Shown here: piece by piece, positions 39,614-48,687 of the stretch
Layout of the letters: every line of letters begins with the position of its first letter
How positions within the stretch are numbered: the stretch's first letter is position 1
Source: Lachnospiraceae bacterium
GTDB taxonomy: Bacteria; Bacillota; Clostridia; Lachnospirales; Lachnospiraceae
Length of the DNA stretch: 64,000 bases
Direction: 5' to 3'
Assembly: GCA_016284175.1 (NCBI GenBank)
Contig: JAEEOJ010000039.1
Location: forward strand, 63,041-127,040
The notes under the pieces: generated by a model
What the model saw: only the letters and a program-made list of their open reading frames with translations
The model's database searches: none
Told to the model about the DNA's origin: nothing
Translations under genes and position numbers: made by a program

Positions 39614-40597
39614 TTGGTTAGCGTAATTATTCCTGTTTACAACGTTCTTCCGTATCTGAAAGAATCATTGGACAGCGTTATAAATCAAACATATAAAAAT
39701 CTGGAAATAATAATTGTGGATGATGGTTCTACCGACGGATCGGCTTCTGTATGTGATTCTTATAAAACGGATTCCCGCGTCAAGGTTATTCATCAGGAAA
39801 ACAAAGGGTTGAGCGGAGCCAGAAATGCAGGACTCGAACTGGCGACGGGAGAATATATCGCTTTTCTTGATTCTGATGATGCGTTTCTTTTGAATATGAT
39901 TCAGACAATGGTTGAAGGCATAGAAAGAAGCAAAGCAGATATAGCAGTTTGTGGGTTTGATATTGTTTACTCAAAAATGAATATGACTGAAAGCAGATTT
40001 TTTAAGAAGCGTGGATTCAGAATAGAAAAAGAAGAAACACTTTCAAAAGATGAGGCCGTTATATATCTGACAAGAAAAGTAAAAACCTGCGTCTGGAATA
40101 AATTATATCGAAAAGAGTTATGGGATAATTTAAGATTCCCCGAAGGAAGAGTTTTTGAAGATGTATGGGTGCTTCCGGACTTACTTGATAAAATCAATCG
40201 GGTACATTTAATATCCGAGTCGCTTATCCTTTATCGTCAAAGGCCGGGAAGCATTACGTCGACCGTAAATGAAAAAATAATTGAAGATAAAATAAACTCC
40301 AGAAAAAACCTGGAAGAGTATATCAATAAATATACATTTGAAGAAAAAGAAAACTGTTATGGATTATATGAAGACATTACAAGACAGCTGACAGTCTGCT
40401 ATTCTGAACTGTTTCACATAAAAGGGAAAAACGAATACACTGAAAGTCTGAAAAAAGAGCTGATTGAAAAATGGGATTTTTTTGATGGTAAAACAATTCA
40501 AAAAAAATCCCTGATTACCCACTTTATATTTATGCATATGACTTCGTTTCTTTATCCGAGCATAGTTATGTTTCGTATATTAAAACGCATATTCTGA
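39614..40597 (+). CDS. Family 2 glycosyltransferase
   Basis: Motifs VSVIIPVYN, VDDGSTD, GLSGARNAG, FLDSDD, WNKLY and FED. TTG start. Confidence 0.93.
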   Translation: MVSVIIPVYNVLPYLKESLDSVINQTYKNLEIIIVDDGSTDGSASVCDSYKTDSRVKVIHQENKGLSGARNAGLELATGEYIAFLDSDDAFLLNMIQTMVEGIERSKADIAVCGFDIVYSKMNMTESRFFKKRGFRIEKEETLSKDEAVIYLTRKVKTCVWNKLYRKELWDNLRFPEGRVFEDVWVLPDLLDKINRVHLISESLILYRQRPGSITSTVNEKIIEDKINSRKNLEEYINKYTFEEKENCYGLYEDITRQLTVCYSELFHIKGKNEYTESLKKELIEKWDFFDGKTIQKKSLITHFIFMHMTSFLYPSIVMFRILKRIF

Positions 40598-40610
40598 GAA
40601 AGGATATAGT

Positions 40611-41996
40611 TTGAAAACTCAAAGAAAAAATACAATTTGTTCAGTTATCCATTATATTGCGATAATAATATCCGGACTGATTATACCCCGTGAAATCCTT
40701 TTCCACTACGGTTCGGAAATGAACGGATTGGTTCAATCGATTACACAGTTTTTATCATATACAATACTTCTTGAACTGGGCATTGGTGCAGTAATTCCTG
40801 CGGCATTATATCGTCCGCTGTCTGAGAAAAATAACAGCGGGATAAGTGCTGTATTTTCTTCAGGTTATAAAGTCTATCGTAAAATTGCATTAATATGTCT
40901 TTTTTATATTGCAATTCTCTTTTTTATTTTCCCGAAAGCAAGCGGTATATCTGTATCTGCTGTATTTGTAATTGTACTTGGATTAGGAACCGTTATTCAT
41001 TATCTGATTGGCGAACCGGAGCGTTTGCTTATAATTTCCGACCAGAAAGGATATGTTGTCTACTGCCTCGGGACAGTTTCAACCATTTTAAAAACCATAT
41101 TGCAGATTGTACTTATTATTGCCGGAAATTCCCTGGTTATGGTTGTACTTGCAGACGTACTGATTAAGGTATGCCAGTTTGTGTTTTTATATGTGTATGT
41201 AAGGATAAATTATCGGATTGACAGAAAGATAAAATATACCAGGGAACCGATAGCACAAAAGTGGAACGGAATTGCGCAGCATATAGCTTATTTTGTTTTG
41301 GAAAATACAGACATTGTTTTACTGACACTTTTTACAACGTTTCGCGAAGTATCGGTTTATTCTGTTTATTTTATGGTTATTTCAGGAGTGAGAAAAATTA
41401 TACTGGCGGTAACAAGCAGCGTTCAGCCCAAACTCGGCGAACTGTGGACTAAGGATGATAAAGAAGAACTAAAGAGTTTCTTTGCAAAATTTGAAAGATG
41501 GATTCATATCAGTACGGTACTGGCTTTCGGGTGCATGGGAGTACTGCTGGTTCCGTTTATAAAGGTTTACACGGAAGGTGTAAATGATGTGAATTATATA
41601 AGACCGGTATTTGCCGTACTGCTTGTGACGGCATATGGTTTTCAAAGCATAAGAGATCCTTACGATAAACTTATTCTTGCTTCGGGTCATTTTAAACAGA
41701 CACAGATAAACTATATTATTGCGGCCTGTCTAAATCTGGTAATATCTGTTGTGGCTGTAAATTTCTACGGACTGGAAGGAGTTGCCACAGGTACGATGGC
41801 AGCAATGCTTTATCAGATGATATATATGATGATTTATGATTCAAAAGTATTGCTTAAGAGATCGATATTGGAAATTATAAAAATTCTTCTGATTGATGCT
41901 GTAATTCTTGCTTTGGTAATACTTGTTTCGAAGTTAATAAATGTCAGAGCAGAAGAAATGTTCAGGCTGGTTTTAAATGTTTTTAAGAGACGCTGA
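40611..41996 (+). CDS. Wzx-type polysaccharide flippase (second)
   Basis: YGSEMNGL, LELGIG...LYRPL, TDIV....VSVYSVY and LNLVISV....GLEGVATGT, with multiple TMs. Confidence 0.82.
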   Translation: MKTQRKNTICSVIHYIAIIISGLIIPREILFHYGSEMNGLVQSITQFLSYTILLELGIGAVIPAALYRPLSEKNNSGISAVFSSGYKVYRKIALICLFYIAILFFIFPKASGISVSAVFVIVLGLGTVIHYLIGEPERLLIISDQKGYVVYCLGTVSTILKTILQIVLIIAGNSLVMVVLADVLIKVCQFVFLYVYVRINYRIDRKIKYTREPIAQKWNGIAQHIAYFVLENTDIVLLTLFTTFREVSVYSVYFMVISGVRKIILAVTSSVQPKLGELWTKDDKEELKSFFAKFERWIHISTVLAFGCMGVLLVPFIKVYTEGVNDVNYIRPVFAVLLVTAYGFQSIRDPYDKLILASGHFKQTQINYIIAACLNLVISVVAVNFYGLEGVATGTMAAMLYQMIYMMIYDSKVLLKRSILEIIKILLIDAVILALVILVSKLINVRAEEMFRLVLNVFKRR

Positions 41997-42002
41997 TAAT
42001 TC

Positions 42003-42031
42003 TTGTATCATGTATACCTATTTGGTAAAAT
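42003..42031 (+). promoter_or_regulatory. sigmaA promoter for rubrerythrin
   Basis: TTGTAT-17 bp-TAAAAT with TG extension. Confidence 0.6.
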
Positions 42032-42065
42032 TATAGGCAGATAAAAAAATAAGGAGGGCATTAAA

Positions 42066-42629
42066 ATGGCAGAAAACAAATGGAGATTCAGAGGGGAAGA
42101 TTTAAAAGGAACAGAAACCGAAAAGAATCTTTTAGCTGCTTTTGCAGGTGAGTCTGAAGCACGTAACAAATACACGTTCTTTGCATCAAAAGCAAAGAAA
42201 GAAGGATTCGTTCAGATATCGAATATTTTTGCAGAGACAGCAGCAAACGAAAAAGAGCATGCAGAAATCTGGTTTAAGATTTTGACGGGAATCGGAACAA
42301 CTGTAGACTGTCTTGAAGCGGCAGCAGACGGCGAAGCATATGAGTGGAAGGAAATGTATCCTTCATTTGCAGCCAAAGCAAGAGAAGAGGGATTTGATGA
42401 AATCGCAGAACTCTTTGAAGGTGTTGCGGCAATCGAAAAGGAACATGAAGAAAGATACAGAAAGCTACTTAAGAACATTGAAGACAAGCTTGTTTTCTCA
42501 CGTGACGGTGACTGTGTATGGCAGTGTTCAAACTGCGGACATATCGTAATCGGCAAAGAAGCTCCAGAGGTTTGTCCGGTATGTAATCACCCGAGAGATT
42601 ACTTCCAGCTTAAAGCAGAAAACTATTGA
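42066..42629 (+). CDS. rbr: Rubrerythrin
   Basis: [25 protein letters not shown] and a C-terminal CxxC...CPVC rubredoxin site. Confidence 0.96.
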   Translation: MAENKWRFRGEDLKGTETEKNLLAAFAGESEARNKYTFFASKAKKEGFVQISNIFAETAANEKEHAEIWFKILTGIGTTVDCLEAAADGEAYEWKEMYPSFAAKAREEGFDEIAELFEGVAAIEKEHEERYRKLLKNIEDKLVFSRDGDCVWQCSNCGHIVIGKEAPEVCPVCNHPRDYFQLKAENY

Positions 42630-42731
42630 TGAAAATTTGTTAATATTTCATAAAAGAAAAATATATTTTCTTTTAGAAGTGTTTATGAAAAATAGGCTTC
42701 GATTTAGCGTGTTAATTCACTAAAATTTCAT

Positions 42732-42761
42732 TTGATATTCATTTTGTGAATACTGTATAAT
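42732..42761 (+). promoter_or_regulatory. sigmaA promoter for gene G
   Basis: TTGATA-18 bp-TATAAT. Confidence 0.5.
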
Positions 42762-42801
42762 AATCGGTAGTAGGATGAAAATGTCCTACTGCCGATTTTT
42801 T
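42762..42801 (+). terminator. Terminator-like stem-loop upstream of gene G (rbr terminator or leader attenuator)
   Basis: AATCGGTAGTAGGA-tgaaaatg-TCCTACTGCCGATT followed by TTTT. Confidence 0.6.
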
Positions 42802-42860
42802 GTAACGACCTTTCCTCGAGAAAGGGTTTTAACCTAAGTTTTTGTGTAAAGGGGACAAAA

Positions 42861-44822
42861 ATGAAAATTAGGAAAACTTTTGATGTTAGGGCTTTAAGTG
42901 TCGTTTTGTCATTGCTGATGGTATTATCAGTAATTGCATTTCCGACAATGAAAGCAAAGGCAGAAGAGCCTGGAAAAACTTTGGATGATTTTGTTGAGAG
43001 ATGTTATACGGTAACTCTTGACAGACCATCGGATGCACCCGGATTTGCTGACTGGAAAGACCAGCTTTTAAATGGTCGTGCAGTCGGAGTCGAAATAGCT
43101 TATGGATTTTTATTCAGTAAGGAGTATACCGCGAAGAATAAGAGCAATGAAGATTATGTTACTGATCTTTATATGCTTTTTATGGGAAGAACACCCGATG
43201 AAGAAGGTTACAAAGACTGGGTAGGACAGTTAAACAATGGCAAATCAAGACTTGAAGTTTATGCCGGATTTGCAAACTCTCTGGAATTCTATAATCTTTG
43301 TACAGAATATGGAATTACAGCCGGAAGATATGTACCCGGTTATGACAGAACAACAATTAACAACGTTAATCTTTTTGTAGAAAGATTGTATAAAACCTGT
43401 CTCGGAAGAATCGGCGACAGAGAAGGCCAGAAGAACTGGGTTGAGAAACTTATTACAAAACAGATTTCCGGAACTGAATGCGCTAGAAGTTTCATTCAGA
43501 GTACTGAATATGTAAATAAAGGTTTATATGATGATAACTATGTAAAAAACCTTTATCTCGCTATGATGGGAAGACCTTATGATGAAGAAGGTTTTTATAA
43601 CTGGATAAATGCTTTGTCCAACGGAATGACCAGGGACGAAGTATTTGCCGGATTTGCCAATTCTGCGGAGTTCGCCAATCTTTGTGCAAAGTATAACATT
43701 GATAAAGGTTCATACACGGCCAAGGATGTCAGCAAACCTTCGGAAACACCTGAAACAACGGAGACCAAGAACTATCGTATATCTAGGAAAGACTTCAACA
43801 ATGGTGACTATGTATTAGTGAAATATGGTGGAGGAAACTGGGAAATAGCAGAAAAGAGATACGATAAAAACGGAAATGATTTGGGTTATGATTATCGTCA
43901 GGAAACAAGTGAAGACGGACTTGAGGAATTTCTATGCCACAGAGACTATTGGCGCGGAAGCTTAAGCTATGAATATCACACCAAGAAGGTATATAATTCA
44001 GACCATACTCAATGTACTGAATATGAGTATTCTGATGAATGGCTTTCGGAAACTTTTAAAAGAGTATTTAAATATAAAAAAGTTACTGTCAATGATGGTG
44101 ATTATTCATATGATACATATTTACAGACTGAAGGCACATTTTATAATATGGATGGAAGCGTAGCAGGAAGCATTAAGCGTTATTATGATTCAGCTAACAG
44201 GGAAAATAAAACAGAACAGTTTTTCCCGGATGGTACGTTATATTGGTATAACGAAAGAGAGTATTATGGTAACAAAGATTATACCACTAAAAAGGAAATT
44301 GATATCTCATATAGGTATGATGGATCGATAGAACAAAAGCATATAAACGAATATAATGAGAAAGGTATTATTGTAAAGTCATACCAGTACTATGATGATA
44401 CGTTGGATTATCTTATGGTTACAGAGCTTGATTCAAAGGGAAATATGACCAAAACGACTTATTACGATGATTCCAATAATATAAAATATTATTATGTATA
44501 TGAAAATGATATTTACGGAAACAGAGTAAAAACCACTGAATTCCTTGCTCCGGGTGTTGTGGCATCATATACATATGATACATATGATGCAAATAATAAC
44601 TGGATTTCTTCCAAAACTACCGATTCTAATAATAATATTTTATCGGAAAGCAAATATGAATATGATAGTAAAGGCAATTTGACTTATTCTTATTATAATA
44701 ATGGTACTGATACCGAAGAATATGTTTATGAATATGATGAGAATTATAATCAGACAAAGTATACATATAAGGAAAACGGTTCAGTAGTTTATTGGGAGAA
44801 ACGGAGTTACGAGGAGTATTAA
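42861..44822 (+). CDS. Secreted protein with two N-terminal DUF4214 modules and Tyr-rich YD-like repeats (gene G)
   Basis: Signal peptide AKA/E and FVERCY..TLDR..D..GF..W units. The C-half has YEYD..GN repeats. Confidence 0.85.
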   Translation: MKIRKTFDVRALSVVLSLLMVLSVIAFPTMKAKAEEPGKTLDDFVERCYTVTLDRPSDAPGFADWKDQLLNGRAVGVEIAYGFLFSKEYTAKNKSNEDYVTDLYMLFMGRTPDEEGYKDWVGQLNNGKSRLEVYAGFANSLEFYNLCTEYGITAGRYVPGYDRTTINNVNLFVERLYKTCLGRIGDREGQKNWVEKLITKQISGTECARSFIQSTEYVNKGLYDDNYVKNLYLAMMGRPYDEEGFYNWINALSNGMTRDEVFAGFANSAEFANLCAKYNIDKGSYTAKDVSKPSETPETTETKNYRISRKDFNNGDYVLVKYGGGNWEIAEKRYDKNGNDLGYDYRQETSEDGLEEFLCHRDYWRGSLSYEYHTKKVYNSDHTQCTEYEYSDEWLSETFKRVFKYKKVTVNDGDYSYDTYLQTEGTFYNMDGSVAGSIKRYYDSANRENKTEQFFPDGTLYWYNEREYYGNKDYTTKKEIDISYRYDGSIEQKHINEYNEKGIIVKSYQYYDDTLDYLMVTELDSKGNMTKTTYYDDSNNIKYYYVYENDIYGNRVKTTEFLAPGVVASYTYDTYDANNNWISSKTTDSNNNILSESKYEYDSKGNLTYSYYNNGTDTEEYVYEYDENYNQTKYTYKENGSVVYWEKRSYEEY

Positions 44823-44876
44823 TATACAAACCCAAGAAAACAGCGTAATTGATAATTTAGCGAACGGACAATCTTT

Positions 44877-44909
44877 AAAATGCGGCAGTCGAAAGGCTGC
44901 CGCATTTTT
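44877..44909 (+). terminator. Intrinsic terminator of gene G
   Basis: AAAATGCGGCAGTC-gaaa-GGCTGCCGCATTTTT. Confidence 0.9.
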
Positions 44910-45088
44910 AATATCTTTTAGGAGAATCAATTTGACGGAGATGGGTAAAATCAGAAATGTTAAATTTTTGTGTCCAAAAAAAATATTTAAATGAAAAGAA
45001 TACAAATTTAGGATATAATTATCTGTGACTGGACGAATATTTTGCTATCAAATTATGTGTAAAAAATCAAAAGTAAAAGGGGGACGAA

Positions 45089-47068
45089 ATGAAAAAGAAA
45101 AATTCGAACAGTATGAAAGTTTTAAGTGTCGTTTTGTCATTGCTGATGGTACTGTCAGTGATTTCTTTACCGACACTGAAGGTAAAGGCTGAAGAGCCTG
45201 TGAACACCGTAGATGCTTTCGTTGAGCGATGCTATACGGTAACACTGGACAGAGGTTCGGATCCTGACGGATTTGCGGACTGGAAAGGGCAGCTTTTAAA
45301 CGGAAAGGCTGTCGGAATTGAGGTTGCGTACGGATTCTTATTCAGTCCGGAATATACCAACAAGAATAAGAGCAATGAAGATTATGTAAAGGATCTTTAT
45401 ATGCTTTTCCTTGGAAGAACACCTGATGAAGCAGGATTTAATGACTGGGTAGGACAGTTAAACGAAGGCAAATCGAGACTGGATGTCTATGCAGGTTTTG
45501 CAAACTCGGCTGAATTTTACAATCTTTGTACAGAATGCGGAATCACTGCCGGCAGATATGTAAAGGGTTACGACAGAACAACCATTAATAATGTCAATCT
45601 TTTCGTGGAAAGATTGTATAAGACCTGTCTTGGCAGAGTAGGTGACAGAGAAGGTCAGAAAAACTGGGTTGAAAAGCTTATAACAAAACAGATTTCCGGC
45701 ACCGAATGTGCAAGATCTTTTATATTCAGCCAGGAATATATCAACAAAGGTTTATACGATTGGAACTACGTTGAAAACCTTTATCTTGCAATGATGGGAA
45801 GACCCTCCGATCCTGAAGGAAAAGAAAACTGGGTAAATGCTTTGGAGAACGGCAAGACCAGAGATGAAGTTTTTGCGGGCTTTGCCAACTCTGCCGAATT
45901 TGCAGGTATATGTGCAAAATATAAGATTGATAAAGGATCCTATACCGCAAAAGATATCGGACAACCGAATGAACCTGTTGAAGAGGAAACCGTAAGCCAA
46001 CGCATTTCAAGGGTTGATTACAACAACGGACAATATGTGTTATATACTTATGATTCAGACGGAGAAGAACTCAGCAAAGTAAGATACAAGAAAAACGGAA
46101 CTAAACTTAGGTATGATTATCGTTATGAACGGCTTAACAACGGGTTGGAAATATATTATTGCGAAACATATTATATTGATGGCGGTTTAGACTATGAATT
46201 CTATCAAAAGACGGTTTACAGTTCCGATAAGAAGACCAGAAAGGAATATTATTATTCTGACGCATGGAATACTTTAGACAGCTACAACGTGTTTACAGAT
46301 ACGGAGTTTGCGTATGAAGACAATGGAGAAATCTTGACGGATTTCTATCCGGTTAAATGCATCTCATATGATGCTTCAAACCATAAAATAGAAGAGAAAT
46401 ACTATACATATACTTCAGACCACAGACTGGAATCGTGTACTGAGTATTTTTCAGGTAAAATCTCCTGTGAAGAAGAATATGAATATTACGATAAAAAACC
46501 TTATGGAGCATATGCATATCCCAAGAAGGAAACGCGAACTTATTACAATGATGACGGTACAATTTCATCGAAGGATGAGTACGAATACAACGAAAATGAA
46601 AATATTACAAAAGAAACTCATTATTTAGACGGAGGAGCTTTTGATTATAAGATAGTTCATCAGTATGATTCCAACGGCAGACTCATAAAAGAAACCACTT
46701 ATGATGCTCCGAGCCATGTGGAGCATTATATCATATTTGATCTTGATTATTATGGCAATATTATCAAAGAGACATATTTTAATGCATCAGGAAAACGCGA
46801 AACATATACTCTTCGCACATATGATGCCAATAATCATGAAATCGAAACGATTTGCTATGATGATGGCGGTACCGAAATGTGGAGATATGAGTACGAATAC
46901 GATGCAATTGGAAATAATACAAGAGATTATTACATTGAAAACGGCGGAGATGAGATTGAATATCTGAGCGAGTACGATGAAAATTACAACCTGAAAAAGT
47001 ATACCAAAAAGTATAACGGAGCCGAGATTTTCTGGGAAAAGTATACTTACGAAGAATACACGGATTAA
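45089..47068 (+). CDS. Tandem paralog of gene G: N-terminal DUF4214 x2 plus YD-like repeats (gene H)
   Basis: The N-terminal ~290 aa are highly similar to 42861..44822. The C-half has the same repeat register but a divergent sequence. Confidence 0.85.
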   Translation: MKKKNSNSMKVLSVVLSLLMVLSVISLPTLKVKAEEPVNTVDAFVERCYTVTLDRGSDPDGFADWKGQLLNGKAVGIEVAYGFLFSPEYTNKNKSNEDYVKDLYMLFLGRTPDEAGFNDWVGQLNEGKSRLDVYAGFANSAEFYNLCTECGITAGRYVKGYDRTTINNVNLFVERLYKTCLGRVGDREGQKNWVEKLITKQISGTECARSFIFSQEYINKGLYDWNYVENLYLAMMGRPSDPEGKENWVNALENGKTRDEVFAGFANSAEFAGICAKYKIDKGSYTAKDIGQPNEPVEEETVSQRISRVDYNNGQYVLYTYDSDGEELSKVRYKKNGTKLRYDYRYERLNNGLEIYYCETYYIDGGLDYEFYQKTVYSSDKKTRKEYYYSDAWNTLDSYNVFTDTEFAYEDNGEILTDFYPVKCISYDASNHKIEEKYYTYTSDHRLESCTEYFSGKISCEEEYEYYDKKPYGAYAYPKKETRTYYNDDGTISSKDEYEYNENENITKETHYLDGGAFDYKIVHQYDSNGRLIKETTYDAPSHVEHYIIFDLDYYGNIIKETYFNASGKRETYTLRTYDANNHEIETICYDDGGTEMWRYEYEYDAIGNNTRDYYIENGGDEIEYLSEYDENYNLKKYTKKYNGAEIFWEKYTYEEYTD

Positions 47069-47100
47069 GACGGGATAAGGTATATTTAAAACAATAATAT

Positions 47101-47132
47101 AGCCGGAGAAGCATTTGTTTCTCCGGCTTTTT
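47101..47132. terminator. Terminator between convergent gene H and fcl
   Basis: AGCCGGAGAAGC...GTTTCTCCGGCTTTTT. Confidence 0.8.
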
Positions 47133-47142
47133 ATTTTGCTTT

Positions 47143-48087
47143 TTATCTTTCCGCTCTCATAGGATTGTTTAGGAAATCTTCATAAGCAAGTCTGATGCCG
47201 TCCTCGAGTTCGGTCTTATAGGTCCAGCCGAGTGCTTTGGCCTTGCTGACATCGAGGAGCTTCCTGGGTGTACCGTTCGGCTTCGTGGGGTCCCATTCGA
47301 TCTTTCCTTTGTAGCCTACAACACGTGCTACGATTTCGGTTAATTCTTTTATGGTCAGTTCTTTGCCGGTTCCGGCATTGACGGTTTCGTTTCCGCTGTA
47401 GTTGTTAAGTAAGAATACACAGAGATCTGCGAGATCGTCCACGTATAAGAATTCTCTTAAAGGAGTTCCGTCGCCCCAGCAGATAACGCTTTCAAGCCCT
47501 GCTTCCTTTGCTTCGTGGAAACGACGAATTAACGCCGGTAAAACATGTGAGTGAGTAGGATGGTAGTTATCGTTCGGACCGTACAGATTGGTGGGCATTA
47601 CGGAGATGTAATCCGTACCGTACTGACGGTTTAAGAATTCGCAGTATTTAAGGCCGCTGATTTTGGCTAAAGCGTATGCCTCGTTGGTTTTTTCGAGTTC
47701 TCCGGTTAAAAGACAGCTCTCGGGCATTGGCTGAGGAGCTAATCTCGGATAAATGCATGAGGAGCCGAGGAACAAAAGCTTCTTGCAGTTATTCTTCCAA
47801 GCCGCATGAATTACGTTCATCTCGAGCATCATGTTGTCGTACATAAAATCTGCAAGCGCGGATTCGTTTGCCACGATACCGCCTACCTTGGCTGCCGCAA
47901 GTACGACGATTTCAGGTTTTTCTTTTTCAAAAAACGCTTCAACCTCGTCCTGGCGGATTAAATTAAGTTCTGCATGCGTTCTGGTTATGATGTTGTTGTA
48001 ACCTTCTTTGTTTAAGGCACGCACAATGGCGCTACCGACCATTCCCTTGTGACCTGCCACATATATTTTCGCATTTTTATCCATCAT
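47143..48087 (-). CDS. fcl: GDP-L-fucose synthase
   Basis: Motifs [53 protein letters not shown] and PNGTPRK. Confidence 0.96.
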   Translation of the reverse strand: MMDKNAKIYVAGHKGMVGSAIVRALNKEGYNNIITRTHAELNLIRQDEVEAFFEKEKPEIVVLAAAKVGGIVANESALADFMYDNMMLEMNVIHAAWKNNCKKLLFLGSSCIYPRLAPQPMPESCLLTGELEKTNEAYALAKISGLKYCEFLNRQYGTDYISVMPTNLYGPNDNYHPTHSHVLPALIRRFHEAKEAGLESVICWGDGTPLREFLYVDDLADLCVFLLNNYSGNETVNAGTGKELTIKELTEIVARVVGYKGKIEWDPTKPNGTPRKLLDVSKAKALGWTYKTELEDGIRLAYEDFLNNPMRAER

Positions 48088-48127
48088 TTTTATGGTTCTC
48101 CAAACTTTTTTAAATAAGGCTTTTCAA

Positions 48128-48156
48128 TTGCCTTTTTTACTATTTTTTGGTACAAT
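48128..48156 (+). promoter_or_regulatory. sigmaA promoter for ACT-GH9
   Basis: TTGCCT-17 bp-TACAAT with TG extension. Confidence 0.6.
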
Positions 48157-48254
48157 TCTGCTTGTGGATATAGATAAATAATATATCTTTTATGAGTATA
48201 AACAAATAATCAGTATTTGTCGATAGAAAAAGACTCATTTGAAAGGACTTAAAA

Positions 48255-48662
48255 ATGTTAAAACAGGTATCGATTTATGCAGAAAACGTGAAAGGTAAGA
48301 TGCTTGAAATCACAAGCCTTCTTGCCAAAGAAAATATCAACATTCTCGGTTCGGTAACCAACGACTCGGCAGAATACGGTATTGTCAGAATGGTTGTAAG
48401 CGATGCAAACGCAGCGGTAAAGGTTTTATCCGAAGCCGGAATCATCTGCAAGCTCACCGATGTTATCGCAGTAGAGATTAAGGATGAAGTCGGAAACTTA
48501 CAGAAACTCCTTCAGGCTCTTGATGATGCTAACATAAGCGTTGATTACCTCTATCTTTCATTCAACAGAGAGAGCGGCGCACCGATCATGGTATTTCACA
48601 CTCACGACATACCGGAAGTTGAGAACAGTTTAAAGAGCAAAGGATTCGTGCTCTGCAAATGA
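48255..48662 (+). CDS. Tandem ACT-domain protein
   Basis: KQVSIYAENVKG.M...L....INI.....DSAEYGIVRMVV, followed by a second ACT unit. Confidence 0.85.
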   Translation: MLKQVSIYAENVKGKMLEITSLLAKENINILGSVTNDSAEYGIVRMVVSDANAAVKVLSEAGIICKLTDVIAVEIKDEVGNLQKLLQALDDANISVDYLYLSFNRESGAPIMVFHTHDIPEVENSLKSKGFVLCK

Positions 48663-48687
48663 ATTAATTAAATAAAGAGGAGTTACA

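Noticed and set aside
41994-42010. Fur/PerR box before rubrerythrin (TGATAATTCTTGTATCA)
   Set aside because: Biologically plausible, but the spacing does not fit the 7-1-7 consensus, so it is too weak to call.
43780-47068. RHS polymorphic toxin or DGR target
   Set aside because: No RHS core (PxxxxDPxG), toxin tip, immunity gene, reverse transcriptase or adenine-specific TR/VR pair was seen.
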